DNA of 64,000 nucleotides, from the NCBI RefSeq assembly GCF_009914755.1, contig NC_060928.1; one strand, 5' to 3'. Each line of letters opens with the position of its first letter. The stretch's first letter is position 1. A program made the translations under genes and the position numbers. The notes under the pieces were generated by a model. It had not been told where the DNA came from, searched no databases, and saw only the letters and a list, made by a program, of their open reading frames with translations. Origin of the DNA: the human T2T-CHM13v2.0 reference genome, Homo sapiens. Of the stretch, positions 29,773 through 43,429 are shown in pieces.

Positions 29773-30280
29773 CTCTGTTTGTCCTCTCTGTTCTCTGTTT
29801 GTCCTCTCTGTTCCCTGCTTGTCCTCTCTGTTCCCATTTGTCCTCTCTGTTCCCTATTTGTCCTCTCTGGTCCATGTTTGTCCTCTCTGTTCCCTGTTTG
29901 TCCTCTCTGGTCCCTGTTTGTCCTCTCTGTTCCACATTTGTCCTCTCTGGTCCATGTTTGTCCTCTCTGTTCCCTGTTTGTCCTCTCTGGTCTCTGTTTG
30001 TCTTCTCTGGTCCCTGTTTGTTCTCTCTGGTCTCTGTCTGTCCTCTCTGGTCCCTGTTGGTCCTCTCTGTTCTGTGTTTGCCCTCTCTGTTCTGTGTTTG
30101 CCCTTTCTGTTCCCAGTTTGCTCTCTCTGTTCCCTGTTTGTCCTCGCTGGTCCGTGTTTGCACTCTCTGTTCTGTGTTTGCTCTCTCTGTTCCCTGTTTG
30201 CCCTCTCTGTTCCCTGTTTGCCCTCTCAGCTGTGTATTTGTCATCTCTGTTCCGTGTTTGTTCCCTCTGTTCCCTGTGTC
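29773..30280. repeat. 20-bp pyrimidine-rich minisatellite (CTCTCTGTTCCCTGTTTGTC), ~25 copies
   Basis: Direct 20-bp periodicity, starting right at the MER4-group LTR end. Confidence 0.95.
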
Positions 30281-31184
30281 TGGTTCAGCTTCCATGCTTG
30301 CCCTGTGCTATGCAAATCCCACCCGGCCCTGTAAGACCAGTCCTCCTCTTTCTCCCTGACACTTCCTAGATCCTACTCAAGAGGTCTCCCATCTCGGCTC
30401 CTCTGGGTGACTTTGCTTGTTTCCTCTCCCTCTCCAGCTCAGCCCCCCATGGCCTAGACCAGGGCCCCCACCCCAGGGAGTCCCTGTGGCTGTTCCTTTC
30501 ATTTCATCCAGCTGGGTGCACAGTGGCCCGCTCTGCCCATAGGGTGGCCCCAGGGTCCTGTCCAGTGAGGTCAGGGTCCCTGGGAAGTCATGGAGTGTAA
30601 GGCAGAACCCCTCCCTGAGTCCAGGTGGCCCAGTAGAAGGGGGCTTGGAGGAAAGTGTGGGGGCTCTGGGGCCTTTAAGCCTCAGCTCCCTGCCTGGCAG
30701 GAGAGCCTTCCCCAGTGGTGTCTGACTTCTCCTCCATCACAGGGGACTAAACATCCTCTCCTGGCAGCGCTCTGGGGGGTGGTGAGTGACTGGGGGGGCC
30801 TGGCTGAGCAGCCTATCCTCCCCTAACAATGAGCCACATTGTCCTTCCCACAGGAGGGGCTCATGCAGGGCTGGGCCACCAGGACCCCAACATCTGCCCA
30901 GCTGGCCTGTGTGAGGTTCCTTCCGATCTGTCCTCAGCCTGGTGGAGAGGGGAGGAGGATGGAGACGGGGGAGGGAGGAGAGAGGGAGAGGAAGGACACT
31001 TTGGCCTCTGGAGGTCCTTCTGCCATGGATGCAGGTGGCTGAGGGGACCTTAAGGCCACACAGGAGAAGCTGCGGGCTGGTGCCCAGGCCTGGCTGGCAG
31101 GACCTGTGCCCAGCCCCCGGGACCTCCCAGCCCTTTCCGAGCCCACACAGTCTGTGTCAGCCACCAGAGCCCCCACCCACACTC

Positions 31185-31375
31185 ACGACCATTGTTAATT
31201 AAGACTGTCTGCATTATAGGGCTAATTAACAATTAGCATAAACATAATTAGCCAGCGCTGACATTTAACTCATTACATTGTTTAAATAATTTTCGGAAAT
31301 TGCCCCAGCGGCATTCTGTCAGCTCGCAATAAAGGCGCCACTTTGTCATGTAAATTAAATGACATTTGTGTTGTT
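31185..31375. promoter_or_regulatory. Candidate conserved enhancer (AT-rich island with homeodomain, SOX, MEIS and SOX-POU motifs)
   Basis: TAATTA x3 (31196, 31223, 31245), CATTGTT x2 (31190, 31276), AACAAT, CTGTCA (31316), CTTTGTCATGTAAAT (31341); non-repetitive and set in GC-rich flanks. Confidence 0.65.
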
Positions 31376-32153
31376 GCTGTCCCACCGTGGGAGACGGTCG
31401 GCCACATCCCACCCTCGAGGCCTCCCGGTGCGATCTGGCACTCGTCCTGGTCCTGCCCCCACCCCCAACTGGTGGCGAGGTGGTGCAGCGGGAGCCCCCA
31501 GGCCGGGCTGCCAAGAGAACTCCAGGCCAGAGGACAGACCCGGGCTAGCCCTGCAGTCCCGGCCTCTGCCCCCCAGGACCCTGGCAAAGGAAGTTCCTGC
31601 AACCAGTGGGCAGCGTGGATCCCAGTCTCAGGACTGAGGGAGATCCTGGGTGTCGGAGAACGAGGAACCGAGGTCTGGGCCTGGAGAAGCCTGTGGACTC
31701 CACTTCCAGTCAGTTCCAGGCATCAGTGACAACCAGGACGTCCTGGACACCTGGCCGAGTGGCTTCTCCCTCAACCTCCCATGCGGACCCCCATCTCTGA
31801 GTGGCCCTGGGGCTGGGGTCCTGGAGGAGGTGGCCGTCACCTGTGGGGAGCTGCCCAGCCAGCCCCGCCCTGCTCTGGGGAGTCCTGGTCAGCAAGGGAC
31901 CCTGATGACTAGGCCCTACGGCGACCCCCTCAGCCCCAACTTCCAGCAGCCCCTTCCTCTCCCGCAACTCCCCACCACCTTATGTCCCCGACTTCAACCC
32001 AGACACGCAGCCCCAGGATCCCTGGCTATCCCTGGGGTGGGGACAGCCCGCAGCCCAGCCAGTAATGGGCACAGAGCTGATCCAGGGGCACGAACATCAA
32101 GGTGCTTCCCCTTAACCCTGCCACTGAGTTCACCTCCACAGCGTTCACACTGA

Positions 32154-32728
<575 letters not shown>

Positions 32729-33100
32729 CCTTTGTGCTTTTGTTCAACCAATGGACAGCAGCTGTGGGCAGGGCTCAGCACAGCCCCCAGGCCTCCCTAC
32801 CACTCGATCCTGACTGCCTGGGTGGGAGCCTTGCCTCACCTCCAGGGACAGGCACTGGTCAGCACTGGTTCCACCTGCCCCCCAGATGTCCTCTGCTGTG
32901 TTCATCCCGCAAGGCAGGCCTGGCCTTGCTCTGTGAGGTGGCAGGACGCCCTTTGCTGTGGGGCTCTGGGTGTCCACCTACTCTGGGTTGGGCCAGGTGA
33001 GCCCCAAGGCCCCTCTCACAGAAGGTGTGTGGACCCTTGACAAGGCCAAACGGGTCTCCCACCACCTACTCCCACTGGTAAGTACCCGCTGAGGGAATAG

Positions 33101-33265
33101 AGAAGGCAAACAGGGAACAGAGAAGGTGAACAGAGAACAGAGAGGGTGAACAGAGGGAACAGAGAGGGTGAACAGAGAACAGAGGATGAACAGAGGGTGA
33201 ACAAGGAACAGAGAGGGTGAACAGGGGACAGAGAGGGTGAACAGGGAACAGAGGGTGAACAGAGC
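33101..33265. repeat. ~17-21-bp purine-rich tandem repeat (GAACAGAGAGGGTGAACAGG)
   Basis: About 8 degenerate copies; the reverse complement resembles the 29773-30280 unit. Confidence 0.9.
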
Positions 33266-33439
33266 GGGTGCTGCTCTGTTGCCCATGACAGCGACGAGGC
33301 AGCGTCTGAGAGTCTCCAGCCCTGAGAATGATGATCAGAGCCTCAGATGAAGTCTGAAACTCCAGACGTGGCGGCCCACCACCCCCCTCCTTCCCCGTGC
33401 TTCCCAGACAGGGCAGAGTGGCCCACAGTGCCCGGGACG

Positions 33440-33725
33440 GCTAAATCAAATGGCCCCGAGAGTTGTGGGGCCGGTTCTGGCTGTTAAGTGCTTGTCAGCG
33501 CCCACAGGCCCTCTCACGACTCTATAAAATTCCCAAGAATTATAGGAGTGCCAGGGTCACATAATTCACTGCACAGTAGATTTCACCTGGCGGCCAGTAA
33601 TTCATATTTGTGGCGATAATATTGTTTTCCACTTTCTAAGAGTTATCGCCGTGTCTCCCTTCCAGGTCACTATGGATATCAAAAATCAATTTGGAAAGAT
33701 GGATACTGTCAGGGAATAAAGCATG
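33440..33725. promoter_or_regulatory. Candidate enhancer (AT-rich non-repeat island)
   Basis: TAAATCA (33442), TAATT motifs, AAAAATCAAT (33681, ONECUT/CUX-like), CTGTCA (33706). Confidence 0.45.
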
Positions 33726-35969
33726 AAGGCAGAGGCTGCCCTCTCGCCTCCATCCGTGCTCCTGAACCTTGGCGGGGGGCTCTGATTGCTTGCCGGGACT
33801 TGACTGGGAAATCGCCAGGGATTGTTCGCTTGCAAGGGTCAACTTCTCCCAGGAGGCTTCCCTCCCGCCCCGCCTCCCTCCAGTCCCAGCCTGCGCGATG
33901 CCGGCGGCCTCTGCATCCCGGTCCTGAGCACACTGGGGGTGACCTGACCTCGGTCTGTGCCCGGGGGGATCCGGGGGTCTTTGGAGGCTGCTCTCCGACT
34001 CCAAGTGGGGGGAGAAGCTGCTACCCAGGACCCCACTGAGCTGGCCCGAGGCTACCGGGCAGCCCCCAGTGGCCACCCACTGGGCTTCATGATACTGGAT
34101 GTGGATTAAGGAATATTGATGTTTGCTCGTCACGGAGGACACACTGTGCACGTGTGGGGTCTCCAGAGGAAGGAGAGGCCCAGTCCCTGTGCTCAGGGCC
34201 CAGGTGCACACACACGTTGTCCCCCAGCCAGGGAAGGCCCCGAGACACTGTGTTCCAGCCACAGGGAGAGAACAGAATGTGCGCCATGTCCTATGCTGCT
34301 CCCGTCACTCCTGAGCCCGTCCCAGCTCAGAGGAGCCACACTCAGGGGAGGCGGGTGTCAGATCAGAAAGCACTGGAGTCCCCTGCGAATGGAGCGTGAG
34401 AAGGGGCTTGAGGTTTGATGTTCCAGCCCTGGAGCTGGGGAAAAGGAAAGGAGGCTTGGAGAAGGACCCCCGCCCCCAGCATCCTCCAGCCAAGGGCTGG
34501 CGGCAGCGTTTCATTGAGACTGCAGAGTTATCACGTCGCCCCCCCACAAGCCCCGCGTGGGTCAGTGTCCAGCATCCGCAGAGGACAGCCTGGTGGGCGG
34601 CCCCCGTGGGGCTGTGTACACAGGCGGTGGGAGTGGATGGAGCGTGAGCCAGCCAGGGAGCCAAGGCCTCCACCAGTGTGGGGGGTGGTCGTCTGTGTGC
34701 TGGTGGCGGGCTATGCAGGCGTGTGTGGGGAGTGCAGGTGTGTGTGGGAGGGTGTCAGGTGTGTGGGCATGTGTTGCTGGTTGTGAACCTCCCAGGGGCT
34801 GTAAGCGTGTGTTTTGGCAGCTCTCTGAAGCCCCTTGTGTGGGCTCCACATTCTGCTTGCAGTTGGGGTCCTGGGAATAAGCCGGGCCTTGTGGCGGCCG
34901 TGCTGGCAGGGCCTGAGAGGGCTCCGGCAGGGCCCCCTGGGTCAGGAGCCCAGAGCTGTCCTTCCCTCCGGCTCTCAGAGGGGCCAGCTCCTGTAGCCTG
35001 CAGCCAAGGCCGCAGAGCCTCCCCCGTGGGCCCCCAGCCTTTTCTCTCCTCCCTGGCCGCCGGCTTCCTGCGTACGCTCCAGCCACGCTGACCTCATCCC
35101 TGCCTGCTTCGGGCCTCTGCACATGCCATCTGCAGGGAGCACGAGACCCACAGCTGTGTGGAGCTCACTGCTCCCTTGCTGCGGCCTCAGCTCCAAGTCA
35201 CTTCCTCAAAGTGGCCCCCATGCCGACCGAGCTGAACCGTTGCCCCCTCCTCGCCAGGCAGCCTGCCCTCTCCCGTCTGTGCCCCTCTCTCCCACCAGAT
35301 TTCTGCTGCAGGAAGGCAGCGACTCAGTGCCCACAAAGCTTCATGAAATAAGTGCAGGAGTGGGGCTGGGGTCCCAGCTTTGTCTGGGCCTGGGTTCAAA
35401 CCCAAGGATCTCTGTTGGAGGCAGTTTCTGGAAACCCAAGGTCCAGTCGGCGCGTACCTGATTCACCACTGTCGGTCTCTGGACCCCTGTGCTGTGGGCA
35501 GGCCCTGGGGGGTGGCTGGTGGTTGTGGGGTGCACCGTGTCCCCAGGCATCCCCAAGGGAGGGGGCAGCCGCAGCCCCCTGACCCCGTGGCCGACACGGC
35601 TCCCCCACCCCTGGTCCTCCTGCTGCCAGGCCTTCTGCCCCCTCCTACCTCGGGTGTCCCCTCCCCAGCCCCTGCCCTCCCTCCCCGGAGGGCCCCTCAG
35701 GCCCCTCACTCCTGCCACTGCCTCTGCAGGATCCAGTGTTCCCCCAGCCAACCCGAGAAGACCAGAAGGCCCTGGGAGACCCGAGGGAATGTGGGTGAAG
35801 GTTGGGATTTCTGCACTGTGCAGGACGGGGAGACACAGAGGCCCCGGAGTGCGGCTCAGGGGGCGCCGGCAGCCCCACAGCGTCAGCAGGAAAGGAGGCC
35901 ATGGACACCAGACTGCCTGGCTGCTCCTTCCCTCTTCTGGGCGTCTGATTGCCCAGGGTGGGAGAGGTG

Positions 35970-36225
35970 GACAGTTAATTAAAAAGCAGCTAATAGCGGC
36001 CCTGGGGTCGGCTGCGTGGGTGCTGGGGATATTGGCCCATGGATCACTGTCCTGTGATTGCTGCTCGTGCCCACCCCGAGGGGTGAGGGTCCCTCTGGCT
36101 GGTCAGCGCGCCGGCTGCCCCCGCACCCTGAAAGGAATTTAATTCAGGCTACATTTAATTAGGAAAAGAGGGCTTACGGAGGATCATGAAGTTGAAACCT
36201 CTTTTAAGAATGGAAATAAACTCTT
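35970..36225. promoter_or_regulatory. Candidate enhancer, two short homeodomain-motif patches
   Basis: gttaattaaaaagcagctaatag and ggaatttaattcaggctacatttaattagg inside GC-rich sequence. Confidence 0.35.
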
Positions 36226-38644
36226 TCCTGGTCCTCGGCAAGCCAGACAGAGACCCTCAAAGTCAGGTGTCATCGGGCACTGGGTGGCCCGTAGGCTGTG
36301 TGGGAGGAAGGCCAGAGCTGGGCTGTTAGACGTCCTTGGTGAACCTGCCGCTGAGTGGAGGTGAGGGGCGGGTGGCCTGGCCGAGCCCAACCCTTCGCCT
36401 TCTGATTGGTGGGCAGTGTCCCCGCAGGGCTGGCTGGGGCCACCTCCCTCTGCCAGCATCAGGTCCTTACGTATCAGGATCCGAGGGCCTCTGGTCCTGC
36501 TCCCCCCACCCTCTGGGACTCACCCGTTGAGCCCACACCAAGGGTGGCCTGTGTCAGCTCTGCCTCCGGCTGGACCCTGACGGACACAGGAATTGGCTGT
36601 CTCCTGTGGGTCACCAGGCTCCGTGCTGGGTCCCAGGGCACAGGCGGTTGACTCCAGCCCCTGCTGCAGGCTGTCTTGAAGAGGATTCTGAGCAGCTGGG
36701 CAGGGAGGGAGCTCTGAGCGGGAGTGGAGAGGCTGGGGTGGAAGGGCCTCAGGTGGAGCCTCTCCCAGGCTGCAGCGGCCTCCCCAGGTTGGTGCTGTGG
36801 TCCCCACCCCACCACATGGGACAAGCCCTGCAGGCCTGAGGCCAGGCCAGGGCCTAGCAGAAGCCAAAACTCACACACATGGGTGGAAATGTAACAGTTT
36901 ACATCCAGAAGGGGCCTTTCCCTTAGGGGCTGTAGCCAGCGGGCAGCTCCTGCCTCACCCCTGCCCCTGCCCTCTAAGCCTGCTCTCTGGACTAAAGCCG
37001 GACCTGGCAGCCAGACTGTGCGGTGCTGGGGAGGAGACGCCGGGCACTGTGGTGGAGGGGGCCAGGAGAAGGGATGTCAGAGGGCGGGGAGATCTGTGGG
37101 GGCAGCCTCAAAAACAGCTGGACAGACAGCCCAGTGCAGGGGGAGCCGCCGAGGCCTTGAGGGAGGAGACTGGGCCAGAGCAAGGGGCAGGAGAGGGAGG
37201 ATGCGTCCGTGGTGGTGACCAGTGAGAAGGTCCCTGAGTGGCCAGGCAGACTCGGCAGGGGTCCCCCAGAGTGGACAAGTGGGCGGGGCCGAGGTCTGTT
37301 TTGGGGACGAGGAGGACAGGGCAAGCCGCGCAACCTTGAGTATGAGGACCACTCTCATCTGTAGAAGGAGCACTGTGGTCCCTGCCTCACAGGGTGCTGA
37401 GGAGGAGGAGGCGGGGAGGAGCCCAGTGTGGCCTCAGCCCCTGGGGGCATTTCCAATCCTGCCTCTGGAGCTCGGCCACCCCGAGCTCGGCCCAGCACCC
37501 CAGCTCTGCTCCCTGCAGACTCTCCTGCCCTGGCTCCGTGCTGCTTTCTCTGTCTCTCCAGGCCCCATCCTCTAACTGTGGGCACCCGGTGCTGCCCTGA
37601 CCCCTCCCTGCCCTGTCTGCACTCATCCCTCATCCACACATTGAGGACCCCAAGTGGGTGCCTCCAGCTCCACTGGCTCTTCTGAGCTTGATGACCCCCA
37701 CGGCTGGCCCCTCACCCTCACGTCAGTGCCCCCCACCACCCCATCTTCACAGACCTCTCAGTCTCTGTCCTTGGCGTGTTTCTGGAATCCACTCATCTGC
37801 CCCCACGGCCTCCCAGGGCCTGGTCCCTGCACCTGCCACGGCCTCCTCGGGGCCCTCCCGCCCCACTGCCCACACCCTGTGCCAGCTCCTTCCCAGTTTG
37901 CTCCAAGTGCAGCAGGCCGGCCTCCCTGCCTTGGTGTGGGCTCTATGCCGTTCACTTCCTGGGCCCCAGAGCCCAGGACAGGACCCTGCAGGTGGGTGCC
38001 CCTCGGTGCCCACCCGCTAAGCAGTGAGCAAGGGCCCTGAAGCTTGTGTGGTCCAGAGAGTCCACGCGTGGCCACTGAGTGCCACCCTGGGACTAGGGAC
38101 AGGATGTGGGGTGGCCGCTGGGGAGGGGAGTCCAGTGCTCCACAGGGACTTACTTCACCTTCCATGAAGTTAAAGGTGGAGTGGGGAAGGCAGAGGTCCC
38201 TGGCCGGGGTGGGGAGAGTGGGCAAAGGATACCGGCCCGGGTGGGGAGAACCCTTTCTGATCCTCCTCACAGACCCCAGGCCCCACCTGGGGGCTTCTGT
38301 CCATTGGCTTCGGAGCTGCAGCCTGAGACCTTGGCCTCACGGCCCACTCTGGAGTCCCCCCACTGCAGCCTCCCCCCTGCCCCACCTCCGCCACACACAC
38401 AATCACCTCTGGGACTGTGGCTGTTTCCAAAATTCCTGGGACCCAGGGAGGCCACAGCACTGGAGGACAGCCACCAGCAGGTGGGAAGCGGGCTTGGCCG
38501 GGGCGCTGCCCGTCCCGCCCCATTGGTTCGTGTGCAAGCAGCTCTTGAGTCCACCCCTCCAGGGGCCTGCAAGTTCATTTGCTTGTCTTACACCTGGCAG
38601 CCCTGAGCACTGAGGCTTGATGAGGCTAAGGAGAGCTGGAGGAA

Positions 38645-38950
38645 GACCCTATTGATTTTAATTACCCAGAAACAGCCCACAGGGACAAAGGACTTTGGCA
38701 GTTTATTTAGCCAGGCTGCGCTGCGCTATTGTGGAAGGAGAGGTCAAATCAGCCGCCCTCATTATAACTATAATAATAAGGCCAAAACGCTGCTCGGGGC
38801 TGAGGGCCTTTTTTTTTTAAAGCAATAACCTCACTGCCCCACCCCCTCACGCCCCTCTTCAGCAGGCTTGAACAACCAGGAGCAATTACATGCTGTCGAT
38901 ATTAATTCAATTAAATCCAGGTTATTTATTGGGTATTATGGAAAAGGATT
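38645..38950. promoter_or_regulatory. Candidate enhancer (AT-rich non-repeat island)
   Basis: attgattttaattac, gtttatttag, cattataactataataataa, gatattaattcaattaaatc, gttatttatt. Confidence 0.5.
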
Positions 38951-39250
38951 CTCTGGCCTTACAGAGATGGGGCATGACTGAGGGAGTGAGCAGGATACAG
39001 AAGCCTCAAGCAGAATTGACTGTGGGCATGGGCCAGAAAATCAGCACATCTCCAGGAGGAAGGTAGAGAGCGTAGGGCACTGTGGGGGCTGCTTGCGTGG
39101 CATTTCTTCTGGGACTGGTACAGAAGAAGATCAGAAGGTGTTTGAGTGTTTGAACCCTTCTAAAAAGTGGCCTTGTAGAAGACCGAGTGGCCTTCAGCAA
39201 GTCATTCAGTGCTTCTCTTTACCTTTGACTTTGCAGCTGAAAATTGGTTT

Positions 39251-39251
<1 letters not shown>

Positions 39252-39284
<33 letters not shown>

Positions 39285-40312
39285 CAGTCATGGTGGTGAT
39301 AAAGGAGATAACGAAAGGGTTGATGGCAGTGACAATAATGGTGATGATGATGGATGATTGTGAAGATAATGAAGAAGATCATCATTGGGTTGACAATAGT
39401 GACAATGGTGATGGTGATAATGGTGTTGATTGTGATGATGGTGGTGATGATGGTGATTATGGTGATGGTGATGATGATGGTGGTAGTGATGATGGTGGTG
39501 ATGGTGATGATGATAGTGATGATGATGGTGGTGATGGTGGTGATGATAGTGATGATGGTGGTGATGGTGATGGTGGTGGTGGTGATGATAGTGATGATGG
39601 TGGTGATGGTGGTGATGATGGTGATGATGGTGGTGATGGTGGTGATTATGGTGATGATGATGGTGGTAGTGATGATGGTGAAGATGATGGTGATGGTAAT
39701 GATGGTGGTGATGGTGATGATGATGGTGGTGATGGTGGTGATTATGATGATGGTGATGGTGGTGACCATGGTGATGACGATGATGGTAGGGATGATGGTG
39801 ATAGTAATGGTGATGCTGCTGCTGATGGTGATGGTGATGGTGATGATGATGGTGAAGATGATGGTGATGGTGATGATGATGGTGACTGTGATGATGATGA
39901 TGGTGATGGTGATGATGATGGTGACTGTGATGATGATGATGGTGATGGTGATAATGATGGTGGTGGTGATCGTGGTGACCATGGTGATGACAATGGTGGT
40001 GATGATTGTGATGATGGTAGGGATAATGATGATGATAGTGATGGTGATGGTGATGGTGATGCTACTGATGATGGTGATGATGATGATGATGGTGACGTTG
40101 ATGATAATGGCGATGTTGATGATAATGGTGATGATTATGTTAATGCTGACAGTGATGATGCGATGCTGCTGCTGATGGTGGTGATGGTGGTGATAATGTT
40201 GGTGGGGATGGTGTGAATGATGATAATAATGATGGTGATAGTGATGATGGGGATGATGATAATGGTGATGATTATGGTGGTGATGATGGGTGAATATGAG
40301 CAATGATGATGT
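39252..40312 (+). repeat. (GAT/GGT)n degenerate trinucleotide block, ~1.06 kb
   Basis: Starts with ~10 pure GAT, then mixed GAT/GGT triplets. Confidence 0.97.
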
Positions 40313-40635
40313 GAGAGATAATGGGAAAGACATCTGCCTTGCTGACATCAAACTGTTGCCATTAGATTAAATGGGATAATGGGTTTTTGAAACCTTGGTA
40401 GAGCACACAAGTACAAGAGGCTGTGAATGAAATAGGAGACACCAGGTGGAAGGCCACGGATGAGCATCAGTGCCTGTGGCAGGAGGGCCATAAAGGACCC
40501 CACATTTGGCGCCCAACCTTAAAGGGAGAGCAGGCCACCGGTACTGGTGACACCTTCCACTCTAGGCTGAGAATGCAGGGTCCAGAGGAGGCCCCCAGTG
40601 GCTGTCAATATCAAGGGACAGAGAAAAGTGCCTGC

Positions 40636-40890
40636 TGAGTGCCCACTAAGGGCTGGGCACTGTGCAAAGAGAGCTTTACCCATTTAGTCCTCACAATGAC
40701 CCTTGGGGCTAGGGACATTTCAGGGACCTGGTTCTCCTGGATAATTCCTGTCCACACTGGCTGACCAGGCATCGTTTTTACACACCTGCTTCCACTCTTT
40801 CCTTTGGATGATAGAGCGCAGGCCACCTCAGCAGTGGGAGTTTCGCCCCTATTTTACAGATGCAAGCACTGAGGCTCCCAGAGGTGGAGG
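40636..40890 (-). mobile_element. MIR fragments
   Basis: catttagtcctcacaatgaccctt and cccctattttacagatgcaagcactgaggctc. Confidence 0.55.
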
Positions 40891-41259
40891 CTGTGGAGCT
40901 AGGTCTGCGGATGGCTCTAAGCGCTGCACCCTGCTCCTGCTGAGTTTCGGGCTGACTGGCAAGGGGGGAAGGTTCAGGGTCTTGGGACCCTGAAGGGCAT
41001 TGCAGAGCCCTGCTGCCTGGCTTTGAGGAGGCCCCCAGGGTAGGGAGTGGAGATCACAGGGGGCTGGCCCCTGTTTGATGACATGGCTGGGACTGACATA
41101 AGATTCTCAGTGGATTCAAGTGACCTCTGAACATCAGGGTATAGCTGTGGGTACCCCAAAGGGCCATGAGAAGGGTAGGAGGCTTGGAGGGGAGGTGGTG
41201 GGAGGTGGGCAGAAGCTGTGGGCCTAGGGACCAACCAGAGATTTTGCCAACACAGTGGG

Positions 41260-41702
41260 CACACCAATGTCCTGTGGCTGCCATAACAAAGTGCCCCAAC
41301 CCGAGGGGCTAACAATGCCAGAAGTGCGTCCTCTCACAGGCTGGAGCCCAGAAGCCTGAAACCCAGGTGCTGGCAGAGCTACACTCTCTGCAGTCTCCAG
41401 GGGAGGACCCTTCCTGCGTCTCCCCAGATTCCTGGGCTGCTGGCCTTCCTGGATGCCATCCTCTTGGCTTGTAGCAGCACACTCCACCTGCCTCTGTCTT
41501 CACATGGCCATCTCCCTGCGTGGGTGTCTCCGTGTCTCTGTTTTCTCTTCTTACAAGGACACCAGTCATTGGATTAGGGCCCGCCCTACCCATGTGACTC
41601 CATTTTACCTTGAGTACATCTGCAAAGCCTGTTTCTGAATGAGTCACACTCATGGGTACTGATGTACAGGAATTTCAGAGGGATGCTGTTCCACCCAGTG
41701 CA
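41260..41702 (-). mobile_element. MLT1 (MLT1B/C-like) solo LTR
   Basis: cctgtggctgccataacaaa...tcttcacatggcc...tcttacaaggacaccagtcattggattagggccc...acatctgcaaag. Confidence 0.85.
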
Positions 41703-43429
41703 CTACAGCACACAGGCCTGCAGCCAGTGGGCCGGGGGCCGCGGCACCTACTGCCAGAGCTGCTGGGTGGCCTGGTGGCCAGTCGCTGGTGACCCTTCCC
41801 AAGGCCACCACCCTCGTGTCCATGCCTGACCGCGCCCTGCATGCTGACAGTGTCCTGGCCCTGACTCACAGCCAGAGCCCAGTATCATCAAGACGCTGGT
41901 GGCGGCCACGACCCCAGGGCTGTGCGTGTTGCCTCTGGCTCCTGAGGCGGGCTCCGCGGCCTCATGCTGGACACCGTGTCTAACCGGCCAAGATTGACCT
42001 GTTTGGGGCTCCTCACTGCAGCTGAGCGATTTGATCTGAGACCCAGACAGCAGTCAGGGCAGTAATTGGATGTTATGAGATCGGAGGGCCACTCTCCGAG
42101 GAGGGGGCAGCTGAGCGGCCGTGGGCAGCTGGAGGAGGGGGCTGCGGCTGGCAGTGGGGGTGGGGCAGCCCCTGTCCGCTGGAGATAAGCCCCTCATCTT
42201 CAGCCCCTAATCTCCTGCTGGGGTCATGGACAGAGCCCGAGGCAAGATGGAATGAATATGGCCACTGTCCAGCCACTGCCTGGCACTGCTGCCCCGAGGG
42301 TGCTGTACAATTAGTTTTAAATATCAATTTCACGGCTGCTCAGGGGAGAGAACAAGCAGGCAGGCAGGCTTCACCCAAAGCAAACCAGGTGTTTCCTACA
42401 GGCTTCAACTTTGTAAGAAAAGGCAAAAGCCATCAAGGACATGTCCAGCTGAGCTGACGCCAATGCAACTTCTCTGGGTCCTTCAAAAATCGGCCCCAAG
42501 TCCCCCACACTGCTCCTCCCCTGGACCTGCTCCATCCTGACCCCAATGCTGTAACCAGCCCTCCTAGCACCCTTGTCCCTGCGAATCCCTCTCAGGCTCT
42601 GTCTCCTCCTCCAGGAACCCCTCGCCGAGAGCTCCTTCTCAGACCCCAGGCCCTGGCGTGGGCCCAGCTCTGCCCAGGCTCCAGGCCAGTGCTTCTCCTT
42701 CCCCCGGAGACCCGGCCAGCCCAGCCCTACTGCCCTCACAGGCAGCTCTAGCTGGCCAGGTGGGGATGTGTCTAGGAAGCAGGAGGGGCCGAGGCCTGGG
42801 AGGGTTTGTGGGAGTGGGTCAGGGCATCTGCTGGGACCAATGCTGACCATGGGTAGAGGACCCGAGGGCACCGCCCAACAGGGCAGGAGAGTGAGGCACA
42901 GGGGTTAAGATGGCGCTGGAAGTCAGGGGAGTGAGGCCTGAGAAGGCCCCAAGGAGGAAGGGGCTTTAACTCTGACTTTAAAACAGGGGCCAATCTGGCT
43001 AGGAGGAGGGGTGGTGAAGGGGCCCTCTTGTGGGGTCCCTCATGAGCAGGGGACAGGGAAATCCTGGGGAGGTTCCCCAGGAGGGCAGCTCCCAGTGTCC
43101 CCACCCAGCTGTCTGACTCCACATGGCCAGCGTCACCCATCACACCCCGGCCAGACCTGGGGCTGGCTGAGCTGTCAGGGCGCAGAGGGTGGGTGTAGTC
43201 CCAAGTGGACGTCACTGCTGAGCTTGGCAGGGCGCATGTGGTTCCCAGAGGGACTCACTATTGGGCCTGGCAGAGTGGGCGTGGTCCTGAGTGGGGCTCA
43301 CTGCTGAGCCTGGCCAGCCCCTTCTGGAACCAGGTGGCTGATCCCTGCAGGAGCTCATCGCACACAGCCAGTGCCTGCACCTCGGGCGCTCTAGAGGGGT
43401 TTATTGAAGAAAGGAACTTGCACGCATCA

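Noticed and set aside
29649-30369. Overlapping Cys/Leu/Ser-rich ORFs
   Set aside because: Stop-free 20-bp minisatellite, open in all three plus frames.
39206-40351. Asp/Gly-rich, Met/Val-rich and Ile/Thr-rich ORFs up to 381 aa
   Set aside because: Translations of the (GAT/GGT)n block.
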